Below are positions 1 through 9,636 of a stretch of DNA of 59,086 bases, piece after piece; position 1 is the stretch's first letter, and each line of letters starts with the position of its first letter. The stretch covers positions 1 through 59,086 of IMG/VR virus record IMGVR_UViG_3300008108_000133. The stretch is one strand, 5' to 3'. A program made the position numbers and the translations under genes. Under the pieces are notes generated by a model. That model was not told the origin of the DNA and did not search any database. It was given only the letters and a program-made list of their open reading frames with translations. This DNA is from a virus (lineage: Duplodnaviria; Caudoviricetes).

Positions 1-2
1 CT

Positions 3-224
3 TCACATTCTGGTGAGGTAGGTCTAAATATTTCACACCGTTTTGGTGGAAAGAAAAAGGATTTATTTGGAGTAACTGTTGGTGGTTCTTATGAGACTAG
101 TGGATTGATTGAAGCATCTGCTTCTGTTGATTATAAAGAGATGGTCATTATTGAAGGAATTCATCAAATCAATGATGGTGTTTCCAATACAGCAGTTTCT
201 GCAAAACTTAAATTTAAGTTCTAA
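3..224 (+). CDS. 3' end of a truncated gene; probable outer-membrane beta-barrel (autotransporter-like) C-terminus
   Basis: Open frame 3 from the window edge to TAA 222-224: SHSGEVGLNISHRF...TAVSAKLKFKF; amphipathic beta pattern and terminal Phe (beta-signal). Confidence 0.55.
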   Translation, partial: SHSGEVGLNISHRFGGKKKDLFGVTVGGSYETSGLIEASASVDYKEMVIIEGIHQINDGVSNTAVSAKLKFKF

Positions 225-260
225 AATCCTAAATATAAAAGACACTTCATCAAGAGACTG

Positions 261-605
261 ATGGATAATCCAAATAAAAGAGAAAAGTGTATGAGTACTG
301 TTATTCGTATTGCGATTTTGGGTTGGTCCGCTGCTCTTCTTACTGCTAGTTATGCTGGGGCTCTATCTAAAATGGACCCCACTTTCATTGCAACTGTTTT
401 CACCGCATCCGCTGCAACTTTCGGTATTAATACAATGAAGAAGGGTGGTGATGAAGATGAGAAGAAAGAAGAACCACGCAGAGAAGTAGTTGCAGAACCT
501 ACTCCAGAACCTGAAGCACCAGAAGTTGCTGTTGCAGAACCAACTCTTGAAGAAAGAGTTGAAGTATTAGAAGGTCAAGTACAGCCCCGTACAGGAGGAG
601 TATAA
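261..605 (+). CDS. hypothetical membrane protein (two TM helices, acidic Pro-rich tail)
   Basis: ORF track; hydrophobic N-half; CTAAATA late-promoter-like motif upstream (~230). Confidence 0.7.
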   Translation: MDNPNKREKCMSTVIRIAILGWSAALLTASYAGALSKMDPTFIATVFTASAATFGINTMKKGGDEDEKKEEPRREVVAEPTPEPEAPEVAVAEPTLEERVEVLEGQVQPRTGGV

Positions 606-718
606 TGTCTAAGTCTGCAAATAAAGGTAAGAAAGGTTCTGCTGGGGATAAACAATCCAAGCAAAATCAAGGTAACGCCACTGCTAAAAAGGCAAAGAAT
701 GGTGGTAAGAAAAAATGA
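605..718 (+). CDS. small Lys/Gly-rich basic protein (37 aa)
   Basis: Hand-translated MSKSANKGKKGSAGDKQSKQNQGNATAKKAKNGGKKK; TAATG coupling; upstream AGGAGG. Confidence 0.6.
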   Translation: MSKSANKGKKGSAGDKQSKQNQGNATAKKAKNGGKKK

Positions 719-894
719 TTGAGTTTATGACTTTGACTATTGTTGGACATATGATAGTGGGACCTGATTTGTGTCAGACAGATTATTTGAATAATAATAA
801 AATATATACATTCACATACCCATGCCAAGAGAATGGAACACTCCTAAACGAGAGTGTTGGAATGCTCCCATCCATCAAATACTCAAAGCTATAG
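715..894 (+). CDS. hypothetical protein (59 aa)
   Basis: Hand-translated MIEFMTLTIVGHMIVGPDLCQTDY...; ATGA coupling; overlaps next ORF. Confidence 0.45.
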   Translation: MIEFMTLTIVGHMIVGPDLCQTDYLNNNKIYTFTYPCQENGTLLNESVGMLPSIKYSKL

Positions 895-1022
895 ATAATC
901 ACACCCGTCTTCATATGGAGACGGGTGATTTTTGGCATGAAGAACAGGCCCAGATCTTGAGAAAGTATGTAAAAGATTTGAAAGTCTGGATACATAAACA
1001 AGAAGGTTGGTGGAACGAATGA
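822..1022 (+). CDS. conserved cyanophage-type hypothetical protein
   Basis: ORF track MPREWNTPKRECWNAPIHQILKAIDNH. Confidence 0.65.
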   Translation: MPREWNTPKRECWNAPIHQILKAIDNHTRLHMETGDFWHEEQAQILRKYVKDLKVWIHKQEGWWNE

Positions 1023-1765
1023 AAAAGTTATTCACCTCAATTGGTTTAGTTTTATCTTTAGCATTTCCTGCTATAGGGGCATCATTAGAACCAAAACAAC
1101 CAACAGTACAACCTTATAGTGCAGAAGCAATGGGATGTATGATCCTCCTAGAATGCACTGAGGGTGTGGAAAGACTTACGGTAGATTCTGAACTACTAAA
1201 GAATCCGGACTTTGATCCGTTTAGAGAAGAACTAAAAAGAATTATTACTGCTCTTGATGGTGTAAATGTTCCGGTATATGTCGCTCAGGAAAGATATTTC
1301 ACTAGGAGAACAGTGGGATTATATAAACCAAACTATAACCGTTTCTTTGTAAATGAAACTCTTCTGAAAGATCCCAGAGAGTTTCTAGGAACAATGAGAC
1401 ACGAAGGATGGCACGTTGTTCAGGATTGTATGGGTGGTGGGTTACAAACATCCTTTATGGCACAAGTACATCAGGATTCTGAAATACCTGCTTGGGTAAT
1501 GAAGCAGACTAGATTGACTTATGAATCAATGATGCAAAGTCGTGCTGTTCCCTGGGAAGCAGATGCTAACTGGGCAGAAGAGCAGTCAAATGTAACTGCT
1601 GAGAAGTTAGAAATGTGTGCTAAAGGTCCACTATGGGAACAGATTAGACCAACTCCAATGACTATGGATTGGTTGATTGGGTGTGGGTGGATGAAACCAC
1701 AAGAGGGTAAGTATCCTTATTATCCAAATAAAAAAGCAGAGTATTGTACAGAAGGTAAATATTGA
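1019..1765 (+). CDS. secreted zincin-like metallopeptidase-motif protein
   Basis: Signal peptide MKKLFTSIGLVLSLAFPAIGA; HEGWH (HExxH) plus downstream WEADA; start moved to ATG 1019 (ATGA overlap). Confidence 0.6.
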   Translation: MKKLFTSIGLVLSLAFPAIGASLEPKQPTVQPYSAEAMGCMILLECTEGVERLTVDSELLKNPDFDPFREELKRIITALDGVNVPVYVAQERYFTRRTVGLYKPNYNRFFVNETLLKDPREFLGTMRHEGWHVVQDCMGGGLQTSFMAQVHQDSEIPAWVMKQTRLTYESMMQSRAVPWEADANWAEEQSNVTAEKLEMCAKGPLWEQIRPTPMTMDWLIGCGWMKPQEGKYPYYPNKKAEYCTEGKY

Positions 1766-1914
1766 TGGATTTTCCCTGGGGAGTTGTTACAATATTAGGA
1801 TGCGGTCTTATCTTTACTGCATATGTGATTTACTACATATTACGATTAGCACACGAGGAAATGAAAGATGAAAAATTTAGCAATCATTCTATCAACGACA
1901 AGCCTTCTCATTAG
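1765..1914 (+). CDS. small single-TM protein (49 aa)
   Basis: Hand-translated MDFPWGVVTILGCGLIFTAYVIYYILRLAHEE; TGATG coupling. Confidence 0.5.
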   Translation: MDFPWGVVTILGCGLIFTAYVIYYILRLAHEEMKDEKFSNHSINDKPSH

Positions 1915-2080
1915 TGGAGCACTTTGTTATGGTGCTTATGTGACTTATAAAAAAGCAGAAGCAATACTCAACAATCCAGAAGAGTTTGTTGGTAAGGTTG
2001 TGGAGAATCAAGTCAACAAAGCATTTGAAAAATTACCCATTCCAAAACTAAATACTGAGAAGTTTAAATTACCATTCTAA
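1868..2080 (+). CDS. hypothetical protein with N-terminal TM
   Basis: ORF track. Confidence 0.6.
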   Translation: MKNLAIILSTTSLLISGALCYGAYVTYKKAEAILNNPEEFVGKVVENQVNKAFEKLPIPKLNTEKFKLPF

Positions 2081-2511
2081 TGGATAAGGATCCTTATATT
2101 TACAGAATTAAGTCTGTTCTTAAAGTTGTAGATGGAGATACAATAGATGCTGCTATTGATCTAGGTTTTGATATTTCTCTCACTAAGCGAATTCGCCTTG
2201 CTGGGGTTGATACTCCTGAGTCACGCACTACAGATGCGAATGAAAAGAAACTCGGACTTGAAGTTAAAGAATGGCTCAAGAAAAAGTTAGAAGGACAAAC
2301 TGACGTTATCGTTAAAACAGAACTCCCAGATTCCACCGAAAAGTACGGTAGAATTCTGGGACATTTGTTTATTGGTGATAAGGAAGTATCCGCAGTCAAT
2401 AAAAAGAAATCAGTTAATCAAATGATGATTGATGAAGGATATGCTTGGGAATATGATGGCGGCACAAAGAAAAAAGATTTTGCTTTATTGGAGTCTAGGA
2501 GACAAAAATGA
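2080..2511 (+). CDS. thermonuclease (staphylococcal nuclease-like)
   Basis: VVDGDTID, RIRLAGVDTPE, KYGRILG motifs. Confidence 0.9.
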   Translation: MDKDPYIYRIKSVLKVVDGDTIDAAIDLGFDISLTKRIRLAGVDTPESRTTDANEKKLGLEVKEWLKKKLEGQTDVIVKTELPDSTEKYGRILGHLFIGDKEVSAVNKKKSVNQMMIDEGYAWEYDGGTKKKDFALLESRRQK

Positions 2512-2741
2512 TATACTTTAATATTGTTAGATTGTTCGTTATTATCTGGGCAGCACTTATGATTTCTGCTGTAGAATCTGTTGCTATTAAAACAGAAGGT
2601 CAAGTAGAACTTGAAAGTACAAGTAGAGATGCATATGCAAAAGTTCTTGTACTTGCTGTAGGTTCATTTTTAGGAGATGCTGCTTTTAAATTAAAGAAAA
2701 AAGAGGTGTTAAAAAATGACACAGACAATAGTAAAAAGTGA
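2508..2741 (+). CDS. hypothetical membrane protein
   Basis: ORF track; two hydrophobic segments. Confidence 0.55.
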   Translation: MIYFNIVRLFVIIWAALMISAVESVAIKTEGQVELESTSRDAYAKVLVLAVGSFLGDAAFKLKKKEVLKNDTDNSKK

Positions 2742-2871
2742 AGAAGAAAACGAAATTAAACAAAAAAAGGTCGAGAGAGATAATATCTTCCTCGACATAC
2801 TTTATAATCTTGTAGTTCAACTTCCTGCGATTGCAGTTACTTGGGTAATATCTAAAATTAATTGGGATTAG
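2716..2871 (+). CDS. small hypothetical protein (51 aa)
   Basis: Hand-translated MTQTIVKSEEENEIKQKK...WVISKFNWD; GAGGTG RBS. Confidence 0.45.
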   Translation: MTQTIVKSEEENEIKQKKVERDNIFLDILYNLVVQLPAIAVTWVISKINWD

Positions 2872-3752
2872 ATTGATAAACGAGCAGATAGTTTCTTAGC
2901 AATTTTTTTAGCAGGGGCAAAGAGAGGTTTAAATCTTTCTTTGCCTTCTTTTGTGAATTTATCTTTTATTATATCATCAATAATAATCTTGTTATCAATT
3001 TCATAGAGAGAATTGATTTCAACTTGATCACGAATGTATTGCTCTACACTATCAGTTTGACCAACTAACTTTGTACCATCTGCAGAGTATTCAAAAATAT
3101 CAACGTGACCACCTTCAGACATTACATAATGAAGGACTGGTTTGACCTGTTTAATTTTAATTTTAAACTTATTTTTTGTTGCCTCTTTAATTAAGGGTTC
3201 GGCAGCATTCTTTAATGCATTTAGAACTGTAGTTGATGCAATAGTTGCAGCAGTTGTGACTACTGCGACAGCACCAGCCGTAGCAACAAGAGAAGGGTCA
3301 GGTAAATTAATATCGATTCCACCGACTGTAAAGGTTGGTTGAGGTTTATCTGCTGGAATTTCTGCAACTGGAGTAGGTACAGGAGTTTGAATAGGGAAGG
3401 TTTGAACAACCTGAGGCAGTTGAGGAGGGGGGGTAGTATCTGGTAACCCCCTTGTCTTCTCTTGTTTTTCTGCTTCTTGTTTTTGACGTTCTGCATTTAC
3501 TGCAGCATCAAACTCTGCTTGAGTTGGTACATTAATAACTGGATACTTAATTGTAGTATTTGGAACATCAACAACAGGAATTTCTAATCCACGAACAACA
3601 GGTTGTTCAACACTACGAACATTTGGCCTATCTATAGTCGATATTATAGATGGACCGGATATTCGATTGATGTTTGCGTTTGGTACGCTAATCGGATTAT
3701 TTCCGATTATAGGTCTTAGATTTGGATTATCAATTAGTTGTATTGGTTCCAT
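2868..3752 (-). CDS. hypothetical Pro-rich membrane protein
   Basis: ORF track (likely start MEPIQ at 3752); central hydrophobic AGAVAVVTTAATIA segment. Confidence 0.65.
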   Translation of the reverse strand: MEPIQLIDNPNLRPIIGNNPISVPNANINRISGPSIISTIDRPNVRSVEQPVVRGLEIPVVDVPNTTIKYPVINVPTQAEFDAAVNAERQKQEAEKQEKTRGLPDTTPPPQLPQVVQTFPIQTPVPTPVAEIPADKPQPTFTVGGIDINLPDPSLVATAGAVAVVTTAATIASTTVLNALKNAAEPLIKEATKNKFKIKIKQVKPVLHYVMSEGGHVDIFEYSADGTKLVGQTDSVEQYIRDQVEINSLYEIDNKIIIDDIIKDKFTKEGKERFKPLFAPAKKIAKKLSARLSI

Positions 3753-4314
3753 TAACCACATCCTCAACTCTTGGGTATTTCACAACAACATCTGCACAAA
3801 CTTTGAAGTAAGGACTATCGGGATGGAACATAACTCCATTTTTATATGCTTCCCCACATTTCAATAATCTTACCAGTTCAAAATCTAAACGTGCTTTATC
3901 AGTCTCTGCTTGCTGCCTAGCAATTTCAGTTGCTGCTCTTTTCTTACATAAGTCCATTAGATGACCATCTAATGGAATATTGAATCCAGCAGAAAGTCCC
4001 CAATTTCCATTACGCGATGCAAAAGATTCTGGATCGTCACTGGCATTGTTGCTACTCATAGCAAATGGAGAAAACGAGAATGTTGCTCCTTGGCAACTTA
4101 CTCCACTACCATAAGTATTAAGTGCATATGGTCCTTGAAGAACTTGAACGGCTTGGTTAGTTACATTTCCTGTAGCACTTGCACTTGGTCCAGCAATGTT
4201 TGTATTACTAGGTGCAGGAGTGCTTTGAGCAAACGCAGTTCCTGTTGAAATTATTGCGTAAAGACAGATATTGATGTAGTAGTTGATTGGGTTTCTGTGG
4301 TGCGATCTATCCAT
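3730..4314 (-). CDS. secreted Cys-containing hypothetical protein (start uncertain)
   Basis: ORF track; signal-like ...TGTAFA-Q; Cys-rich C-terminus. Confidence 0.65.
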   Translation of the reverse strand: MDRSHHRNPINYYINICLYAIISTGTAFAQSTPAPSNTNIAGPSASATGNVTNQAVQVLQGPYALNTYGSGVSCQGATFSFSPFAMSSNNASDDPESFASRNGNWGLSAGFNIPLDGHLMDLCKKRAATEIARQQAETDKARLDFELVRLLKCGEAYKNGVMFHPDSPYFKVCADVVVKYPRVEDVVNGTNTTN

Positions 4315-4616
4315 GTTTCTTTTGCCACTCCAGGTCCGAGATAGGTTTCACTGAACTGGAATGGAGCACCTTGCGTCATGATCGAATAAGCAGCACCTCT
4401 TTGAGGAACGCCAGGAATGTTGATGTTCGTACCAGTTACAGTATAAGATTCACCAGTTGTATATTCAACTTGGCGGATTGTTTCTATAATCTTTGTAGTA
4501 GATTCTGTGGTTGCATTAATTGTGCCCCTTGTAAAATTAGGCACAACACTTTCAGCATAAACGGGAGTACAAATGACTCCCGTTGCTAAAAGCAAAACGG
4601 GAGTTAAAAGTCTCAT
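4251..4616 (-). CDS. secreted Thr-rich beta protein
   Basis: Signal peptide ending VYA-E; VVPNFTRG, GAPFQFSETY. Confidence 0.7.
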   Translation of the reverse strand: MRLLTPVLLLATGVICTPVYAESVVPNFTRGTINATTESTTKIIETIRQVEYTTGESYTVTGTNINIPGVPQRGAAYSIMTQGAPFQFSETYLGPGVAKETWIDRTTETQSTTTSISVFTQ

Positions 4617-5074
4617 TTGAATACGCTTAACTCAATAGATCTTTGAGCAGTTGCACTTGTCCCTGCACCACCAGCAGTAACAGTTGGGACACCAGTTGGG
4701 GAAAGAGTACCTGCAAGAGTTCCTTTCTCACCACCAACTTGAGTCACACTATCTCCGTAGAGATTTGGTGTTCCAATAACACCATTAGTAACTGTTTGAG
4801 TAGTAACGGGAGTATCAGCAGCATTAAAACTTTCGGAGAAAGTAAATGCTTGTCCTGGAGTATTGATATCATAGGTTCCAGCACCACCAACACCCCCAAA
4901 GGATGTTGCTTGGATATTGGTTCCTGAGGCTGAATAGGAAGCACCAATTCGGGTTGATTGAACCGCAGCACCATCAACTTTCAATTGAACGGAATCAGTG
5001 ATTTTTGATGTGATTTCAGCAGCATTAACTGGGATTGCGAAGAATAACGAAAAGGCTAATAGAAGTCTTTTCAT
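4613..5074 (-). CDS. secreted Gly/Thr-rich beta protein
   Basis: Signal peptide MKRLLLAFSLFFAIPVNA; highly expressed codon style; CTAAATA motif upstream on minus strand (~5102-5108). Confidence 0.75.
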   Translation of the reverse strand: MKRLLLAFSLFFAIPVNAAEITSKITDSVQLKVDGAAVQSTRIGASYSASGTNIQATSFGGVGGAGTYDINTPGQAFTFSESFNAADTPVTTQTVTNGVIGTPNLYGDSVTQVGGEKGTLAGTLSPTGVPTVTAGGAGTSATAQRSIELSVFK

Positions 5075-5153
5075 TTTCTTTTTTGTGATAAACACTATTG
5101 TTATTTAGGAGATTGTGGTAAAATAAATAATCTAAAGAACAATTAGTAATATA

Positions 5154-8100
5154 GTGGCACTTAAGAAACCATCAGATTTATTTAATTCGCAAGATATCTC
5201 TGGAGTATTTGAAACGCCAGAAGTTTCTTCAGACATTGTAGAAAGTTACGATAAATTTCGTATTAACTTTGATAGAGTTAACGAACTTTCTGAAAAAGTA
5301 GAAACATTATCTCAACAACTTTCTGAAAAACTGAGCAGAACTGAACTTGAGAATGCAATGCTTTCTCAGTTAATGATTCTTGATGAAAATTTTAAGTCCT
5401 TTCAAAATCAGATTAATGGAATTAATAAAGAAGATTTAAGAGAATTTAAAAGCACTGTTTTTAATCTTGCGGAACTTGTTGGGAATATTGTAGAAAATGA
5501 GATCCCAAAATATAAAAAGCAAGTTACTAAGAGTGAACTCTATGTTAGCGAGAAAGTTAATCAAATTCAAGAAGTAATAGAAGAAAATATAATCAATATT
5601 CGTGAAGAGATTGATACTAAATTTGGTAATATTGCCGAAGTTGTTGACCATAACATTGAATGTCTTAATCAACAAATTCAAGAAAACTCGTCTAAAATTA
5701 AAGAGACTACAAAAGTTTATAATAATCTTTCTCAAGTTTTAGAAAATAAAATTTTAAAGGAAAATCAAAAATTTGAAGAATATTCGAATTTAATTAAAAA
5801 TCTTTCTTATGCATTTGATGAACTTTCTGAAATTTTTAAAGAAGAACTTTCTGTATCATCGCATCTGAATGAAGAGAAGTTCAAAGAGTATCAAAAAGAA
5901 ATTGAAAGTAGACATATTGAAATCCAAACTTCTATTGATACTCGTTTAGAAGACTATCGGAAAGATCTTGTTGATATAAAAACAGATGTTGCTATCAATG
6001 AACAGCATATCAAGAATGTAGATAACTATCTGCAAGAAAATCATAAAGAAATTGTTCAACTTAAAGAAGAAGTTTTTTCTCAGATTGAAAAATTACCTGT
6101 TGGAAATTTACAAGAGAATCTTGAAAGATTAGAAAAGAAAATTGATTACATCAAAGAAACATATTCTAAGATTGAATCTGAAGACTTAGTAAAAGAAGTT
6201 ATTTCTGAAGGTCTTTTAAACGAACCCCCAGAAACAAAGAATTCAGATTCTCTTACACCACTCAATCAAAACTTTGTAACTCTAGAACAACTTCAAGAGC
6301 ATTATCGTCTATTCATCAATCGTATTCAGCAACAGCTTGCTACCATTGGTGGTGGTGGTGAAACACAACTTAAGTATCTTGATGATGTTGTTGGTATTGC
6401 TACCGATCCAAGTTCTTATGATGGGAAGTTTCTTAAGTATGACCATTCTCTAGGTAAGTTTGTATTTGAAACTGTTTCTGGTGGTGGGGGTGGTATTCAA
6501 GGAATTCAAGGAATTCAAGGTACTGATGGTTCTAATGGCACTCAAGGTACTCAAGGTACTCAAGGTACTGATGGTGCTACTGGTACTCAAGGTATTGCTG
6601 GATCTCAAGGTACTCAAGGTATTCAAGGTTCTCAAGGAATTACGGGTTCTGGTACTCAAGGAACCACAGGATCTCAAGGCATTCAAGGTACTCAAGGTAC
6701 TGAAGGTACTCAAGGAACCACAGGATCTCAAGGCATTCAAGGTACTCAAGGTACTGAAGGTACTCAAGGAACTGTAGGTACTCAAGGCACTGAAGGTACT
6801 CAAGGAACCACAGGATCTCAAGGTATTCAAGGCACTGAAGGTACTCAAGGAACCACAGGATCTCAAGGTATTCAAGGTACTGATGGAACTTCAGGTACTC
6901 AAGGAACCACAGGATCTCAAGGTATTCAAGGTATTCAAGGTACTGAAGGTGCTCAAGGAACCCAAGGAACTCAAGGAACCACAGGTACTCAAGGTACTCA
7001 AGGTACTGAAGGTGCTCAAGGAACCCAAGGAACCACAGGTACTCAAGGTACTCAAGGTACTCAAGGTACTGAAGGTGCTCAAGGAACCCAAGGAACCACG
7101 GGTACTCAAGGTACTGAAGGTACTCAAGGAACCACAGGTACTCAAGGCACTCAAGGCACTCAAGGTACTGAAGGTGCTCAAGGAACCCAAGGAACCACAG
7201 GTATTCAAGGTACTACTGGAACACAAGGTATTCAGGGTATTCAGGGTGCTACATCGAGTGCCTTGGGATATTATGGAAGTTTTTATGACACTACCAATCA
7301 AGTTAGTGCCGGAACAACTGCAAGAAATCTAGTTGCGATTGGTCAAACTGCAGAATCATATGCGGTCAATATTGTAGACGGGACAAAAATTAAAGTAGAT
7401 AACTCTGGTGTTTATAATGTCCAATTTAGTTTTCAATTAGAGAAAACAAATGCATCTACTGATACAGTTGATATTTGGATTGCTAAAAATGGAAGTGATG
7501 TTCCATATACTGATAGTCAAATTACAATTCAAGGTGCTGGAGAAACAGAGATTCCTGCTTGGAACTTTGTATTGTCATTAAATGCGGGAGATTATATTGA
7601 ATTTTATTGGTCTTCCAGTGATGCGGATATGCAGTTGTCTACACTTCCAGCAGGAAGTAATCCAACTCGACCTGTTAGCCCTTCAGTTATTGTAACTATT
7701 GCGGAAGTAGCAAGTGCATTATCTGGAGCTTCTGGAGGAGGAACACAAGGAATTCAAGGAATCCAAGGTACTGGAGGAACTCAAGGAATTCAAGGAGCAT
7801 CGGGTATTCAAGGTACTCAAGGAATATCGGGTACTGAAGGTGCAGCAGGTACTCAAGGTACTCAAGGTACTCAAGGTACTCAAGGTACTGAAGGTGCTCA
7901 AGGAACCCAAGGAACGACAGGTATTCAAGGTACTCAAGGTACTGAAGGTGCTCAAGGAATCCAAGGAACTCAAGGAACCACAGGTACTCAAGGCACTCAA
8001 GGTACTGAAGGTGCTCAAGGAACCCAAGGAACCACAGGTACTCAAGGAATATCAGGTACTGAAGGTGCAGCAGGTACTCAAGGAACCACAGGTGCTCAAG

Positions 8101-8765
8101 GTACTGAAGGTACTCAAGGAATATCAGGTACACAAGGAATTCAAGGTACTCAAGGAACCACAGGTACTCAAGGAATATCAGGTACTCAAGGAACCACAGG
8201 TGCTCAAGGTATAACAGGTGCTCAAGGAACCACAGGTGCTCAAGGTACTCAAGGTACTCAAGGAATTCAGGGAAGTGATGGTGTAGGCACTCAAGGAATT
8301 CAAGGAATTAGTGGAGTAACTGTTTTAGGTTCAAATAATAACTATAGCGGAATCACAACTTTTAGTGGAAATGTATTTACAACTGCAGGATTGCAGGTAC
8401 AACAAGTAGAAGAAACATATAATACCTATAGTACTTCAATAGCATCTGCAGCAGTTGTTTCTCTTGATTGTTCAACTGGAAATACTTTCTACGTTACTTC
8501 AACAGTTAGTGGAAACTGGACTGCAAATCTTACCAACTTGAATTTAAGTGCAAATTGTTTGACTAATGTGACTTTGATGATTACACAAGGTACAACTGCT
8601 TATGTTCCAAATGCACTTCAAATTGGTGGTGTTTCACAAACAATCAATTGGCAAGGGGGATCAATCCCAACTGGAAATAATTCCAAGAAAGATGCAATTG
8701 CATTCACAATCTTCTATACAGGAAGTGTATATAATATCTTCGGACAACTTGTAACATTCGGATAA
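5154..8765 (+). CDS. large virion fibre protein: coiled coil + two collagen-like (G-X-Y) blocks + C1q/BclA-like domain
   Basis: ~400-aa coiled coil, GTQ/GIQ/GTE triplets, YGSFYDTT...AWNFVLSLNAGDYIE domain between the blocks. Confidence 0.8.
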   Translation: MALKKPSDLFNSQDISGVFETPEVSSDIVESYDKFRINFDRVNELSEKVETLSQQLSEKLSRTELENAMLSQLMILDENFKSFQNQINGINKEDLREFKSTVFNLAELVGNIVENEIPKYKKQVTKSELYVSEKVNQIQEVIEENIINIREEIDTKFGNIAEVVDHNIECLNQQIQENSSKIKETTKVYNNLSQVLENKILKENQKFEEYSNLIKNLSYAFDELSEIFKEELSVSSHLNEEKFKEYQKEIESRHIEIQTSIDTRLEDYRKDLVDIKTDVAINEQHIKNVDNYLQENHKEIVQLKEEVFSQIEKLPVGNLQENLERLEKKIDYIKETYSKIESEDLVKEVISEGLLNEPPETKNSDSLTPLNQNFVTLEQLQEHYRLFINRIQQQLATIGGGGETQLKYLDDVVGIATDPSSYDGKFLKYDHSLGKFVFETVSGGGGGIQGIQGIQGTDGSNGTQGTQGTQGTDGATGTQGIAGSQGTQGIQGSQGITGSGTQGTTGSQGIQGTQGTEGTQGTTGSQGIQGTQGTEGTQGTVGTQGTEGTQGTTGSQGIQGTEGTQGTTGSQGIQGTDGTSGTQGTTGSQGIQGIQGTEGAQGTQGTQGTTGTQGTQGTEGAQGTQGTTGTQGTQGTQGTEGAQGTQGTTGTQGTEGTQGTTGTQGTQGTQGTEGAQGTQGTTGIQGTTGTQGIQGIQGATSSALGYYGSFYDTTNQVSAGTTARNLVAIGQTAESYAVNIVDGTKIKVDNSGVYNVQFSFQLEKTNASTDTVDIWIAKNGSDVPYTDSQITIQGAGETEIPAWNFVLSLNAGDYIEFYWSSSDADMQLSTLPAGSNPTRPVSPSVIVTIAEVASALSGASGGGTQGIQGIQGTGGTQGIQGASGIQGTQGISGTEGAAGTQGTQGTQGTQGTEGAQGTQGTTGIQGTQGTEGAQGIQGTQGTTGTQGTQGTEGAQGTQGTTGTQGISGTEGAAGTQGTTGAQGTEGTQGISGTQGIQGTQGTTGTQGISGTQGTTGAQGITGAQGTTGAQGTQGTQGIQGSDGVGTQGIQGISGVTVLGSNNNYSGITTFSGNVFTTAGLQVQQVEETYNTYSTSIASAAVVSLDCSTGNTFYVTSTVSGNWTANLTNLNLSANCLTNVTLMITQGTTAYVPNALQIGGVSQTINWQGGSIPTGNNSKKDAIAFTIFYTGSVYNIFGQLVTFG
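6492..7250 (+). repeat. collagen-like 9-nt tandem repeat block 1 (ggtactcaa variants)
   Basis: Direct reading. Confidence 0.9.
7740..8312 (+). repeat. collagen-like 9-nt tandem repeat block 2
   Basis: Direct reading. Confidence 0.9.
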
Positions 8766-8769
8766 TCTT

Positions 8770-9564
8770 ATGTTTGGTCTAGCATCGCAAAGTTATAGAG
8801 TAGGTCAAAGACCTGGTGTTATAGTTGTAGATCCCAATACTCTACCAAACCTTCAAGTTTGGTATAATGCAGATTTGGGAACTTCTGCTTCTGGAAACTT
8901 TAATGTAAACTTGACAAGTGGTGACGATGTTTCTCAGTGGAAAGACCGTTCTGCATTTGGAAACAACCTTAATAAATCAGGTAATAACTCAGTCAAACCA
9001 AATTGGATAGCAAACCAAGCAGGTGTTGGAAATACTTTTGGTGTTATCCGTTTCAATGGAACTTCTGAAAGTTTAGATATTAATCCTATTCCTTGGTTAC
9101 AAAGTTTGGGTGGATTTTCATTATTTGTTGTAGCAAGAGCATCAACCGTTGGAGTATCGGCTAGAACTATTTGTACAACAAATACAGGAGGTTTTCAGAT
9201 TACACACAATGGAACTAATTGGAGAGTTGAGGCAGGAAATTGTAGTGGAGTTTCCACAGTTACTGGTGTTGGAGATACTTCTAGGTTTAACATTTATAGT
9301 TTGATTTTTGATGGGATTGGTGTGGGAAATACTGCAAGACTTAAATTTAGATATAACAAAATTCCTCAAACATTAACATATACTGGTATTGCAAATAGTA
9401 TTACTAGTGCATCTGCATCTACTTTTTATGTTGGGGTAGGTACTCTGGGTAATTCTGGATTTTTTAGTGGTGATATTGCGGAAATTATTATGTTTACAAG
9501 AGCTATCAACTCTTCTGAAATTGGGGGTGTGGAATCTTATATGACTGCACACTGGAACCTCTGA
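8770..9564 (+). CDS. LamG/concanavalin A-like virion protein
   Basis: LQVWYNAD...VSQWKDRS, FSGDIAEIIMF...VESYMTAHW pattern. Confidence 0.7.
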   Translation: MFGLASQSYRVGQRPGVIVVDPNTLPNLQVWYNADLGTSASGNFNVNLTSGDDVSQWKDRSAFGNNLNKSGNNSVKPNWIANQAGVGNTFGVIRFNGTSESLDINPIPWLQSLGGFSLFVVARASTVGVSARTICTTNTGGFQITHNGTNWRVEAGNCSGVSTVTGVGDTSRFNIYSLIFDGIGVGNTARLKFRYNKIPQTLTYTGIANSITSASASTFYVGVGTLGNSGFFSGDIAEIIMFTRAINSSEIGGVESYMTAHWNL

Positions 9565-9569
9565 ACCAC

Positions 9570-9598
9570 TTGACAGGTAAGTGATTTTAGGTTAAAAT
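9570..9598 (+). promoter_or_regulatory. sigma70-type early promoter
   Basis: TTGACA-N17-TAAAAT. Confidence 0.75.
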
Positions 9599-9636
9599 CT
9601 TGGGGGTTACTCCCGAAATTAACTTCGTTTTATATT

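Noticed and set aside
6450-8214. Long alternative-frame and antisense ORFs (LKVLKV..., STLSTL..., LEYLEY...), also at 47644-48226
   Set aside because: By-products of stop-free 9-nt collagen repeats; no RBS or independent signal
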